From Octopus vulgaris (Eukaryota), in assembly GCA_951406725.2 (NCBI GenBank), contig OX597815.1, positions 136,462,001 to 136,526,000 of the forward strand: a stretch of 64,000 nucleotides of DNA. Reading direction: 5' to 3'. The position numbers and the translations under genes are program-made. Positions within the stretch are counted from its first letter, which is position 1. The number at the start of each line of letters is the position of its first letter. Below, piece after piece: positions 29,190-42,884 of the stretch. The notes beneath the pieces were generated by a model that saw only the letters and a list, made by a program, of their open reading frames with translations, had not been told where the DNA came from and searched no databases.

Positions 29190-30330
29190 TAAAAACTCCG
29201 TCTTAGTCTCGGAGGTAAACCCTAACAGATTAAAGTTCTTATCCAGCAATTCCAAAATTAGAAATTCCATTTACCAGTGTAAAATTTCTTCCGGTACCGG
29301 TGTCTTCTTCTACATTGGGGCGACTACTTCTAAATTATCCCAGAGGATTTCCAATCATTATTCAACTTTCCGAGATAAGAGAAAACAACAAAGCACAGGA
29401 CTAAGTAAATTAGTTTGGCGCCTTAAAGACAGCAATATAACTTTCAAGCTGGAATGGTCCATATTGTCTGTATCCTTTCCGTTTGATAAGGGCAGAAAAT
29501 TTTGTGGCGTCTGTAATTCCGAAATTTTCCATATACTTTTCGCCAAATTCCCTTTGGTAAACACAATGGTATAAAAATCCTTTGGTGCATGCACTGGCAG
29601 AAACATACCTTCAACTCATATGAATGATGATTAATATAGATAACCTCCTTGATTTAATAATTTGGTTCCACTTCTACAACACCACCATAGACAAATTTTT
29701 ATACTCCGTTTCATGAAGGACCACTACCAAATTCGTTGGGGTATGTTTTACCTTTGTCTCTCTACCTCTCTCCCCTCTCTCTCTCTCCCTCTCTCTATCG
29801 TAAGCACAATCAAACACACAGACACAAACCTGTCACTTCACCACTAGTTGTATTTGGCATCTATCCCCCCACACACACAATTACGCACACGCATACACAC
29901 ACATAGACACGAATGCAGTTATATACATACACACACATAGGCACTCAATCTCATTAGCATAAGCAAACAACAACACATCACCATACATACGACTTGGACC
30001 CTGTCACCTTCCTATTCTTAGAACTCTCCTCTTCCAACCTTTCTTGAACTCTTGAACTTTCTAGAATCTTCTCCATTCAACCAATTTTGACGTCACTGCT
30101 TATAACAGAATATTTTAAAGAAACACTCATTACCACTATGGACCCCGTGTGGGCAGTCATCTAAAAATTTTTGTTAGTCATGATGCTGACATAAGTTTCT
30201 TGTCTTTCCTGATGAGAAGGCGGCATAGTGCACCCCTTATTCCTTCGGAATTAGGAATATGCAGTCTTCGAAACATATGTCGAGAATAAAGGAATTTTGT
30301 TAAATCGTCGTTCAACTCCTTTCTTTCATT
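29190..30330 (+). mobile_element. 5'-truncated Penelope-like element (Naiad-type GIY-YIG plus pLTR)
   Basis: NSIYQC...FYIGATT...RISNHYSTF...[12 protein letters not shown]...EWSIL...CGVCNSE, frameshifted CMH; 3' region holds a hammerhead and AATAAA; flanked by (TA)n. Confidence 0.85.
30205..30286 (+). ncRNA. Type I hammerhead ribozyme, intact core, in the PLE pLTR
   Basis: tttc-CTGATGA-gaaggcggcata...tatgcagtcttc-GAAAC-atat-GTC|gagaa; predicted cleavage after 30281. Confidence 0.8.
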
Positions 30331-30354
30331 TATATATATATATATATATATATA

Positions 30355-30803
<449 letters not shown>

Positions 30804-30821
30804 CATATATACACACTCACT

Positions 30822-31100
30822 TGGTTGCGTGTCTCCCAAAACGTTCGACACTATCGACATTTTTTCTTCTCATATACTCCTCTTCATACACTTTCTGCAT
30901 CTTTGCATGGTCCTCTGAGCAGGTATCGCTAAGCTTTTGGCAAATTTTGATACAGATTCATGGTCAATATGATCACACGCTAAACACGTTCCTTCCAAGC
31001 ATGGCTGTAAACAGCTGAATTGAGCTAGAGCGCAAAAGATTAGTGCGCATAGACAGCAGAGTTTAAAGTCAATCTGTGCCAAGTGACTTGACTGTGTGTG
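30822..31100 (-). pseudogene. Mariner transposase N-terminal fragment
   Basis: ICIKICQKLSDTCSEDHAKMQKVYEEEYM; nucleotide similarity to 36390-36540. Confidence 0.7.
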
Positions 31101-32334
31101 TTTTAGCTTCGTTACTGTGTCAAGAGTCCAGATATTTATTAATCAGATTACGTACACAAATTCCCATACACAACAGGGACTAAAATCTACTAAAGATGTA
31201 GAACAACCTACATTTTAAATTGATGTAATGAAATTATTGAATTACTCAGTTAAATGGAGTCGGAGGAAACACTCATACTGCAATACCTCCGGATATCCTT
31301 GTTGCTTATTTTGATTTTAATCACCTTATTTAAACTTTCTGATAAACTTTAAGTGAACTTCAATGAACTTTCTGATAAACTGGGAGTAGAATATATTCCT
31401 AAGAATACAATTTTACCCCCAGTCAATGGATCAGTGTATGATAGTTAATTCGAAAACCCAATTGACAGAGGTTAAACTTATAGTTAGAGACTTCCGGAGG
31501 AATTTCATCTTAATGACCGATGTGAAGAGCATAACTAAATCAGGAAATGAAGGGAAATACTCAAATTTCAATGGCACTTTTAAATTATATGACCACACAC
31601 TACCATTGATTTTACAACGTTCCCACAAGTAGAAAATCTGAATAAAATTCGGAAAGATATTATGAGACTTGAAAATGATGTAGATTTTAAGACGTCAACA
31701 AAGATAATGTAGTTCAGTGAATATTTTCCTAGAGACAATGTTTATCTAACGAGGGGTTGATGCTTTTACAACAGGAGCAAGCTGAGAAGACAGATAAGAC
31801 TTTGGCGATTCCACCAACTCCACTTAAATTGACTGTAAGTAATATTGATAACAGGTTGAAGAGACAGGTCTGAAATATTTTGCTGATAACTATTATAACA
31901 AGGAACGTAACAAAAATAGACGACGAATTTACGATAACCTTTGTATCTGCAACTGTGCTTTGCAAAAAAATTATGTACCATAAACCTTAAGCATATTGAA
32001 TTGGTTCTTCAATATTAAAGTAGATATTGATGATAATTAGCTATCAGATAGAGAATAACTTTCGTATTCCCAGTCAATCTCTCCACCACCAACCCTCACT
32101 GAATGATCAACATATATTATAGTAAGAACGTAGCCCATTACGAGTGTTATTTATTCTCTAAGGATTTTGTCTTAAAATGTTTTTATAAATACATATTGCC
32201 TTGTGTGTGTTCAAAAATTGCTTTATTCTTAGATAAAAAAGTTGTCGTGTTGCTTTTTTTTTGTTGTTATTGTTTACGAAAAATGTTGGAAAACACTCTA
32301 TATACTTTTGCCACTTAACAAGCATTAAGCCCAT

Positions 32335-32477
32335 TCTGCTGAGTGGTTGGTGTTAGGAAGAACATCAGCTGTAAAACTCTTGGAAAAGCAGTCACAGAAA
32401 TCTGGTGCAGGCTTCTGCTTGACTGGCTCCTGTCAAACCGTCCCACCTATGCCAGCATGGAAGCGGGCGTTAAATGG

Positions 32478-32512
<35 letters not shown>

Positions 32513-32532
32513 GTGGTGATGATGATGATGAT

Positions 32533-32563
<31 letters not shown>

Positions 32564-32586
32564 AGGAGGATGACGATGGTGATGAT
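32335..32586 (+). mobile_element. 3' part of a SINE with (GAT)n/(GAG)n tail
   Basis: ggttggtgttaggaagaacatcagctgtaaaac...atgccagcatggaagcgggcgttaaa followed by (GAT)n, resembling RTE-related SINE ends. Confidence 0.65.
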
Positions 32587-32820
32587 CGTCTAACGCGAGA
32601 ACAATTAATATATATAGTATAAATAATACACAAATAAAAAATGTTAGACTCTCGAACTTATCCTAGTAATCTTTGTATCTCTAAAATGGACGAAAATCGA
32701 TATGTAGACAACAATACAAAACTGAAAAAAACCCATGATCCTAATATTTACTTCAAATTTTGGCACAAGGTCAGGAATTTCAGGTCAGGGGTTAAGCCGA
32801 TTACATCGGCTCAGTGTTCA

Positions 32821-33095
32821 GTGTTTTCTACTATAGCCTCGGGCCGACCAAAGTCTTGAGAGTGGGCCTAGTAGGAGGCTGGAAAAAGTTCATCGCATAT
32901 ATCTTATGCGCGCGTGTATGCGTATGTGTTTGTCTCCCAACACCTCTTGACAAGCGGTGTTGGTGTGTTTATGTCCCTGTAACTTAGCGATTCGGCGAAA
33001 AAGCCTGACAGAATAATTACCAGGCTTAGTAAAAAGAAAAAAAATTAAGTTCGATTCATTCGGAGTCTATGACGGAAACAAATAAAAGATAAAAG
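32821..33095 (+). mobile_element. OR-type SINE, 5'-truncated
   Basis: tctactatagcctcgggccgaccaaag and downstream family sequence. Confidence 0.8.
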
Positions 33096-33434
33096 ATAGT
33101 TTGACTATCGGAGTTTTTAACTCTATGACTACAAAATGAGATCTACACTGAAAAATCATAGCAACAACCACTTCTAATACAGAAAACAAGCTACACCGAA
33201 ACTTAGATACTCCAGGACACTCTGCATATTGTATTAAGTAATAAAAAATTACTTAAGGATTTTTCTATTTCAAGCGCAAGGTTTTAAATTCATTTAAACT
33301 CTATAAATCTACAGAGGTAAAATAGTTTAATAGTGGAGAGCATTCCTTCTCTTGACTGAAAAAAATATTTCATGAACAGAAACTATTCCAATAACGGCAG
33401 TATAAAATGTATTCTTACTAAATGAAAAGCAATA

Positions 33435-33780
<346 letters not shown>

Positions 33781-33799
33781 GTTCAATGAATACAGTATA

Positions 33800-34700
33800 T
33801 ATCTTTATGAGCTACTAATAATGTCTGCAATAAAAACGACACAACTTTTTATAATAAGTCTGATGCCTACAGGCACTCTTCAGATTGTTCACATATGGCA
33901 TGTACAAGTTAAAATAAGACAACAGAATAACAGGAAACACGAGATAATGCGAGAAGATTGACGAAAAGAAAAGGAATAACAGAAAAACCAAATTGTAAAA
34001 AGAAAGAATTAGAGTATTTTCCAATTCTCCAACAGGACCCTATCTGTGTTTACAAGTCCTGAAAATTTCAGATCTGGAATTCAGAAGTATGATATTCTCA
34101 GATCTGAAAACGATCTACGATATTTCAACTACGCGTAACTGGCAATTTTTTTTACCCATTAACATATGGCATGGATTTTTAAAGTAGTTTCCACTTCATT
34201 GTATGTGGTGTGGCGTTAGACTTCAAACCCCATACGTGACTAGCCATATTAGTGACTTTGCTTTTGTCACCGTGCCGGAAAGAAGATGTGTTGTTTGTAT
34301 AGTGAATTTTGAAGTCGCTCTCACATAATCCCATATGACTCTTCGTTTCGATTATACTATCATATGGCGTTACTCGAACTTCCGTCTCATATATGATGGA
34401 TTTAATCATGCACTCTCAGTTGAGTGCCCCACTACCCAACAAGTCCCTCGGTCTCGACAGTTGAAACTGGGAGTAGTCTCTTGGTGGTGCTTGCGTGTAT
34501 TGATACTCTTCATGTTGGGCAGCTGTTATATGATAGTTTAATTGAGGTCGTTGTTAAATATGTTTAGGTACTTGTTATTTAAAGGAAATGTTTACCTAAG
34601 AGAGACAGACGTATTTTACCCATGCTTGTTTTAGCATTTACAGAAAATAATATGATATGTGCAAAATATTCTTCTAGGTCTATATTTATTTTACATATTA
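33800..34700 (-). mobile_element. Decayed Naiad-type PLE 3' end
   Basis: LLGKHF, KLSY, LPNMKS, NCRDRGTC, KSIIYETEV...HMGLCESDFK, HVWGLK...MKWKLL, LLNSRSEIFRTCKH; hammerhead relic CTGAAGA-gtgcc tgta ggcat near 33860-33885. Confidence 0.8.
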
Positions 34701-34725
34701 CTACTAGAGGGATTGTAAAATAATT

Positions 34726-34772
<47 letters not shown>

Positions 34773-34789
34773 TATTTTATCCGTTTATT

Positions 34790-35156
34790 CTTTTACTGGT
34801 TTCTGTCATTTGACAGCTGCCATGCTGGAGTACCACCTTTAGTCGAACGAATCGACCCTAGAACTTATTCTTTGTAAGCCTGGTACTTATTCTATCGGTC
34901 TCTTTTGAAGAACCGCTAATTTATGGGAACGTAAAGACACCAACATCGGTTGTCAAGCGATTATGAAGGGCGAAACAAAGACGCATAAACATATGCACAC
35001 ACACACACACACACACATATGTCTATATGTATATACACACACGACGGTTTTTTTTTATTCCATCTACCAATTCAACCAAGGCTTTGGTCGGCCTGAGGCT
35101 ACAGCAGGAGGCACTCACCAAGGTGTCACGCAGTGGGACTGAACCCGGAGCCTTGT

Positions 35157-35158
<2 letters not shown>
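34790..35158 (-). mobile_element. OR-type SINE
   Basis: Matches 3256-3650. Confidence 0.85.
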
Positions 35159-35195
<37 letters not shown>

Positions 35196-35949
35196 AAAGG
35201 CATGATGTGTGTGTGTGTGTGTGTGTGTACGTGATTGTAATTTATGCCCGTCCACAAATTAGCACGCATGTCGCTCCAACACCCTACCTGGGTTTTGTCA
35301 ACTTATTTTTTCCCGAGGCACTCGCGGATAGTGGTAAGAATCTATTTTCAGCCATAGATTTTACCAATTTTGAAGCTTATTAACATGAGTTAAGTCCCCT
35401 CTAGCCATAGCCAAGCGAAAGTGTGTGTGGGGGGGAGAGAAGTTGTGTGTTGAAAATTTCTTCGAGGCGGTTCCCCAGGATGGCCACAGTCCACTAACCG
35501 ATAAAGATAAAAGATATATCGGTAGGTGTAACAAAGTAATATGTTATATTCATATATGGCTGTGCACGACCGTGCGCCCTTGTGTAGCTGTGAGTACAAT
35601 TTCTCGCTAACAAAATTCTTAACCTTATCTTAACCTTCACTTAGAATTTTCTATGGCCTATATTGAATGTCATTTTTACCTAAATCTCTTAGGCTATATT
35701 TTTTCCCCTATGTCTTTCTATCTTTATCTCACTGATAATGTAAAAATTACTTTCTTTTTCTTAACTGCTATACGTAGGCTTTTATCTTACATTTATATGC
35801 CGGTCTTTCTTAGCTCTGTCAACCAACTGGATTTAGTAAATAACAATGTAACCATGCGTTAAACTGTAGTTTTCTTCCAAAGATCTGGTGTTTTACCACG
35901 CACCATACTAATATTCCCTAGTGAAATACTGTAAAGATCAGAATGCCAG

Positions 35950-36140
35950 ATGAGAATCTAAAGACAAATAAGGCTTAATGTTTTATTGAAAGATTTGCGT
36001 TCTGATTTCAAATTCCGCCGAGGTCAACTTTGACTTTCAACCTCTCGGGATCGATAAAATAAGTACCTGGCCAGCAACGGGATCGATCTAATCGACCTTT
36101 CCTCCACCGAAATTGCTGGCCTCGTGTCAAGACTTGAAAG
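35950..36140 (+). mobile_element. OK-type SINE, diverged
   Basis: ttcaaattccgccgaggtcaactttgactttc...gatcgataaaataagtacc. Confidence 0.8.
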
Positions 36141-36184
36141 CTATGTTTTATTGAAATTTGGATATATTTAGATTGATATGGAAA

Positions 36185-36870
36185 TACGAGGTTTGATCGA
36201 GAAGTATCTGGAATGGTGCCATAATAACGATGCTAAAGCACGCAGAGTGAAGCAAAGATGGACCTTGAATTCTACTGTGCATACGAGCTAAGTTGTAACT
36301 TTTTAGCTCACTTCCGCTGTTTAGAGTAGTGCTTGGAAGGTAGGTATGTAGCCTGAAATTGTCAGATTGACCTTGACAGAGAAAGTTGACATGGCGATAT
36401 CTGCTCAGAGGACTACGCAACGTTGCAGAAAGTGTATGGAGAGGAGTGCATGAGCCGCACAGAAGTGTACGAGCGGTTAAGACGTTTCCAAAAATGACCG
36501 AAAAATGTCGATATTGATGAACGTTCTGAAAGACACGCAACCAGCAGAACTCAGAAAAATATCGCAGATGTACGTGCAGCTGTAAGGGGAAACCGTTTAA
36601 TTACCATCTGTGAGATGTCAGACGATGTGCAGATTAGTTATGGTACAGTCCAGTCCATTATCACAGAAGATTTGGGTATGAGATGCGTATTTTCTAATTT
36701 GGGCCCAAACTGTTTTCACCTGATCAAAACGACTCACGGGTTTCAGTTGCACATGTTCTTCATTGTGGTGAGAACGATGAAAACATTTTGAAACATTTTC
36801 GCAGGTCTCTGAGCAGCTATCGCCATGCTTTTGGCAAAATCTAATGCTGATCTTCTGCTCAACTTCTTAG
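36185..36870 (+). pseudogene. Mariner element 5' part (TIR plus HTH domains)
   Basis: TA|CGAGG TIR-like start; LQKVYGEECMSRTEVYERLRRF, NRLITICEMSDDVQISYGTVQSIITEDLGMR. Confidence 0.85.
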
Positions 36871-37389
36871 CACTGATTAACAATTATGATATTTCGAAAT
36901 AGAAATATATGTAAATCTACATGTGTGTGTGTATGTTTAGAACAGCCATGATATAATGGCAGAATAACATTACCGTCTGGCATAGTTACTATTTATATCA
37001 CGTATAAAAATTTTAGTACTACCTACTTTGGTCATTACTGGATTACCGGATGTCTGCCGCTTCCGTTTATATATTGTTAGTAGGGATGATAGACTGCCAT
37101 CTCTAGGAGGCAGGTATCCAGTAACGATGAAGGGTAAAGACTCAGAAACCAAGGTCTATCGGTCTTGTCAAGCTGGAGGGTAGTAATTTGCTCCCTGACT
37201 CAAAATTTATTGGACACAAGTTGTGTCTCGGTAACTAGCTGGAAAAGTCGTTTGCCTGGGGTTAGAATGTAGTAATATATTTCTTTGTAGAACAGCCATG
37301 TTATAGTGAAAAAAGAACGTTATCATCTAGTATTAATACTACTTATATCTCGTTCAGATACTTTAGAACCAGCTACATTGCTCGTGCGT

Positions 37390-37490
<101 letters not shown>

Positions 37491-37617
37491 CATACACAAA
37501 TATATTAATAATAGCAACATGACAACAAAGGAATGAATGAGACCACGATATTATGTAAATAGAGGTATTTATCTATAAATATATGAGACAATTAGTTGGT
37601 TGTCATAATAAAACTCA

Positions 37618-37738
37618 GAGTTCTGATTTCAGTCCCGCTGCGTGGCAATTTGGGCAAGTGTTTTCTGCTATAACCTCGGGCCGACCAAAACCTTGTAAGT
37701 GGATCTGGTAGATGGAAACTGAAAGAAGCCTGTCGTAC
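37618..37738 (+). mobile_element. OR-type SINE fragment
   Basis: ttcagtcccgctgcgtggcaatttgggcaagtg...gaaactgaaagaagcc. Confidence 0.8.
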
Positions 37739-37771
<33 letters not shown>

Positions 37772-39158
37772 TGCCCATGTGCGAGTGCGTATGTGTTTCT
37801 GTGTATATTTGAGCGAGTGTAAATATACCTATAAATTGGTATAGTGTAATATTTTGAGAAGTTCAGTGTGTCACACTGACCAGTGGATTGTTTCAAGGTG
37901 GTAAGTGTGACAAGTCACATTGAGGTTTTTTGTTTATAGAGTATACCCTAATTACATAGATAAATACGATATTCTTTTTATATATTTTTTTTTCCAGGAT
38001 TTTCTAAACATATAACGCCGGTACTATGTACATCCGGTGGTGCCCCAAAATAGCTTGAGCTGAAACCGATTAAATATATATGTATATATCCATGTGCGCA
38101 TATATAAGCTTTTCTTTTTACACAGAATTCTAAAATGGGATAATGTGATAATTGTGTGCATTTGTTTATGTACAGCCTTTATGTTTAGGTGTTATTATAG
38201 CTCATTTCAGCAGTCACCGGAAGTTGCTTGAATCTAAATAAGTATGATATACGATATTCATGGGGTTTGCATGCTAGGCTTTGACGGTTTTAAGGAGGAG
38301 AGCTCTAAGACCATCCGCATCCAGAGGCGCATTTCCGGACAGAACGCTTACTACTTCAGTTATTTCGTGATCTGTTATAATTACAAGCATTTAATATTCG
38401 TGATAAACATTTCACCGGTAAGTTATCATTGAATGTTTTATTTGTTGTTCTTTCCTTGTCCCCGAGAAAAGACATACGTAACTGTTCTTGGAGTTAATGC
38501 CAGATCTGTGAATATTCACCACTTTTCGTTTTTTCACATGCAATAACAGTGTGAATACACGAACAATCATACGCACACAAGTATGTATGTGCACAATCAC
38601 AAGCATATGTATTTGAGTATTTATCACTAGCGGCGCTCCAGCAGGGCTATAACTAACTTTAGGACTGAAATGCATAAAAGAATAAAAGAATGTATAGAGA
38701 CTGGGTTTTTTTTCTGCTCAACGTGAGATTTTATAAAACATTGTGTCCATTGTATCCAAATAATTTTAATTAATTTATACACGCAGCGCGTGTATAAAAT
38801 AAATTATAGGCGTACTCTGTATCACAGCTTAGTTAAAAGTATAAAAGCACATATGTTAACGCAAACATATATATATATATATATCACCGTGACAAATAAA
38901 AACAAATAACAGACTTGCATTGAATCTATTATGATATATGTCTGTTCATAAACATAGAATCAAAGCTAATAAAGTTAATTTTGATTTTACGAAAATAGGA
39001 AATTTACGAATTTGGAATAAATGACAAAATAATTTCTTTTATGTCTGTGTTGATTCAAACGAATCAGATGAACTTTACGATATTGTTGGGTTATAGATAT
39101 AAGAATGCAAGAATTAGTAGGTTACAGGTTTCCCTTAGAAGTTTATATCGATAAGACG

Positions 39159-41168
39159 GTACATTGTTTCTCAGTCTTTCATCTTAAGTATCTTTTCAAA
39201 CATTTTTCCGTCACTTTTGAAAAATATCTAAAAATTTTTTAATTTCCAGATGGTATATTTTTTTCTTCTGACCCAACTTTTCGTCTGATGTCACTTTGTC
39301 CAATGTTACTTCGTTCATGTCTTCTGATCCGATAACGTTTTGTCCAATTTTAAATAAACGTTTTCTAGGAAACAAGATGAACATCATAATTAAATAATCA
39401 CTGAGAATTTTATAGATAGGATTCAAGTAAAATACTGTGGGAAAATGCATTTAAAAAAAGTAATTTGCAAAAAGTAATAAGATATAAAGATTTATTACGA
39501 TCACTTAAAATTGATGCAAATTATATGCCAGACTCTTCAAAAACTTAATTTTTCTTGTTGACCCATATTCAATGACCAGTGTTCAGGTATTCTTCGATAT
39601 TGTGTAAATGAATTTGATGGATCTTCACGAAGAATTTGAATCATTTTACTTTGAGCCTTCCTTCAGAGTTTTGATTAATTTCGAAATATTCAAATGTATT
39701 TCACCCGCCAAAAGCTTCATCACAGAATGAAACTCCTCCGCAGCATTATTTGTTCTGGGACGATCTTGAAGAATACGCTGATTAACATTCCATACAGCTA
39801 TCAGGAATGTAGGTGGTCTTCTCCTTCGTCTAGCTCCATGTCCTTTCACAACTGGCATTTCTTCAACTTGTATTAATTCTTCATAAGCCTCTCCGACATC
39901 TTCAACTGGTAGGAAAGTTGACGCTGAAAAGAACAAAGACAGAATTCAGAATCTTTACTGTATTTTTCTTTGAGGCCTAAATGTGTAATTTTTCGAAATA
40001 CTGATTTGCTCAAATGAAACAAACATGCCACGATAGATACATTAGGGAATGATGAATAAAATTCCTAATGAATTCCTAATGCCACTTCGAAATCTGCGAT
40101 GATATCAATCATATGTATTAGGTTGCATAATTTTCAATTGTTCGAAAAATAATTCGTATCTCTTCTTGATTGTATTTGGCAGTAATGCAAAGACCCGCGG
40201 AAAACTGCTACCTTTAATTTGTGCATGGATGCTAAACATTTCAAACCACTGCTCTGGCACAATTTTGAACGTTCCATCACATGCCGAATGAGGCTATGAT
40301 CCTTTATCCTGAAGAGCACTTTCTGATGCAAATACTTTTATGCGCTGTTGATCCTCGATACTCGAATCGTATCTCAGAAGCTGTTCGCCATTATCAAGTT
40401 TATTATATTGTTCAAGTATTTCAAAACGAGTTCTAGCTCCTGGGTTAGCGGGAAATCCAGAATTTTTTGACGGCACTTTTGAATAGTCCTTGAACGTACA
40501 GGCAATCGAGGAAGTTGAGAGCAAGTATTTTCTGTTAGCTACGTAAACTTAGCCGCGCTAATGCTACGTGAACTTGCTGTTATGTTTTCTACCACTTCAT
40601 GCTTTATTTCTACAAATGGATTTCTAGCATTTAACGAATCTACATCAGCTGAATGAACATGCTCACTAGAAAAATAAATAGTTTTCGCCTGATTATTTTT
40701 CGTTACCGTGTGAATTTGCACTGAACACAGCGTTCTTTTCTCACATCTCCATTATACTTTTCCTAGTTTTGTATTACTTGAATGAAAATCGTAGAAGTAA
40801 TTACTTTCTTCAACTACTTTTCTTTCCTTTTGGTCGATACTATGAACTTTGTTATTTCGGGATGGATAATTTTAAAATGTGTACACTAAATATGCAGCAC
40901 TCCCTATACAGAACACCATACTTAAGAGAGAGAAAGAAAAAGAGAATTTAAAACTATTAACAGAGAAGGAAAAAAAGAACAATAGTAAAAATCCTTTAAC
41001 AAGAATCGTTATAGTTCTGTGAATATATCATTAGCGATATTTCACTGTTTTCTAAATAGTTTATTTAAAATCGGACAAAAATTCGTCCGACAAAAAAAAT
41101 CATCGGACAAAAAGACGTCGGGCCACAAGACGTGCATGGAAAGACTTTGGACGAAAAGACAAAGCACC
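39159..41168 (-). mobile_element. Mutator-superfamily (FLYWCH-MULE, Phantom-like) transposon, decayed
   Basis: FLYWCH-like V*WRCEKRTLCSVQIHT...EHVH, DGTFKIVP, IIADFEVA, ACLFHLSK, PPTFLIAVWNV...PRTNNAAEEFH; sub-repeated inverted termini (ttttgtccaattttaaataaac / gtttatttaaaatcggacaaaa). Confidence 0.85.
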
Positions 41169-41647
41169 TTTTTCTCTCACACACAAAAATATTTCTATCT
41201 GTTATATACAAAAAAAACGCGGACTAAATATTTTCAAAATTATTTAATAGTGTTTCTAAGAATTTAGTTTAAAATGCCGTTCAATGACTCAAATGTTCAC
41301 GTAGACTAAGGTAGCTTTAGGTGAAGTAGCTTCACAGAACAAATGTATCATGTAACTGAAAATACAATTTAAAAACTATCAAATTAATGCAGACCAGCAC
41401 GTTTCACATAACATGTCGACAGACATAGCTATACAATTTTCAAACTCGTATAAGAACAATACCACACATTTCTCCAATTACAAATAATCAGCTTAGTGTG
41501 CCACACGGAACACCAGCTCGAATAGATATTTCCCTATAAGTTATACACATATAGATATCAGACTGGAAACTGGAATCATCGCTATGCAAACGTAGCTCAA
41601 ATTTAAAATAACGACCATTTGAATATATGGATATTTTTTATTATAGA

Positions 41648-41868
41648 CAGAGTCGTAACTGTGTGGTAAGAAGATTGCTTCCCAATTTCATCGTACCTGG
41701 TTCAGTGCGTAGTACCTTGGCGAAGTGTATTCTACAATAGTGTCAAGGAGACCAAAGTTTTGTCAGTGGATTCAATAGACGGAGAGAGAAAGAAGCCCGG
41801 TGCATATATGTATATGTGTATAATTTAAGATATGTTAAAGAATTTTCTTTTGTCTTCTACTTTTCATT

Positions 41869-41918
<50 letters not shown>

Positions 41919-42241
41919 CCTCAGTGGTTAGAGCGTCGAGCTTACGTTCAGGAGGTTGTGATTTCGATTCCGGGACCGAGCTGCGTGTTGTGTTCTTGAG
42001 TAAGATACTTTATTTCACGTTGCTCCAGTTCATTCAGCTGTAGAAATGAGTTGCGACATCACTGGTGCCAAGCAGTATTGGCCTTTGCCTTTCTCTTGGA
42101 TAACATCAGTGGTATAGAGAGGTGAGGCTGGTATGCATGGGCGACTGCTGGCCTTCCATAAACAACCTTGCTCGGACTTGTACTTCGGAGGGTAACTTCC
42201 TAGGTGCAATCCCATGGTCATTCATGACCGAAGGGATTCTT

Positions 42242-42280
<39 letters not shown>

Positions 42281-42540
42281 GAGATAGACAGAGAGTGTGA
42301 GAGAGTGAGGGAAAGATGTGTGCTTTGTGTCTATGTTCCTACCCTACCATCACTTGTCGACCAGTGTTGCTTTGTTTATGTATCCATAATCTAGCGCTTC
42401 TGAAAAAGAGACCGATACAATAAGTACCAGGTTCGAAAAATAAAAATGAGTACTGGGTTCGATTCGTTCGACTACAAATTCTTCAAAGCAGTGCCTCGGC
42501 ATAACCGCAGTCTAATGACTAAAACAAACAAAAGATAAAA
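41648..42540 (+). mobile_element. OR-type SINE interrupted by a second SINE
   Basis: 5' half at 41648-41805, 3' half at ~42330-42540. Confidence 0.7.
41916..42243 (+). mobile_element. Distinct tRNA-derived SINE nested in (TA)n
   Basis: A box cagtggttagagcg, B box atttcgattcc, core ttgtgttcttgagtaagatacttt...cagctgtagaaatgag. Confidence 0.8.
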
Positions 42541-42884
42541 CGTCATCATATAAGATTGCGAAATCGCATATGGAATTAGTCTCATATGATTAAAATAGAT
42601 ATACAAACCACTTTTATTCCTAATACTTAATTTCCTGACTGTATACTTAGATTCTTGCGTAATTAATTTGTAAAGTTTTGGTTTATATCATTTTATATTC
42701 ACTTTCGTTCACATTCAAATACTTGCGGCATTCTGATCGTTTCCACTAAAGACAACCGTAGATTTTTATTAATTGCAACGTCCTCTAAATTATCATAGCT
42801 TTGCTGTTGAATTATGCATTCACCAAGGAAGCTACAAAATAGTAACCGATAAAATCAGAACTAAGGAACTAGTACTCTTTCACT

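Noticed and set aside
28729-29190. N-terminal part of the 281-aa ORF
   Set aside because: Microsatellite read-through fused by chance to the PLE GIY-YIG fragment
29190-29700. Selenoprotein recoding/SECIS as reported for some Naiad PLEs
   Set aside because: Conserved cysteines use TGT/TGC, there is no in-frame UGA at those sites, and I see no convincing SECIS
32478-32586. Poly-D/E acidic protein
   Set aside because: It is the (GAT)n/(GAG)n tail of a SINE
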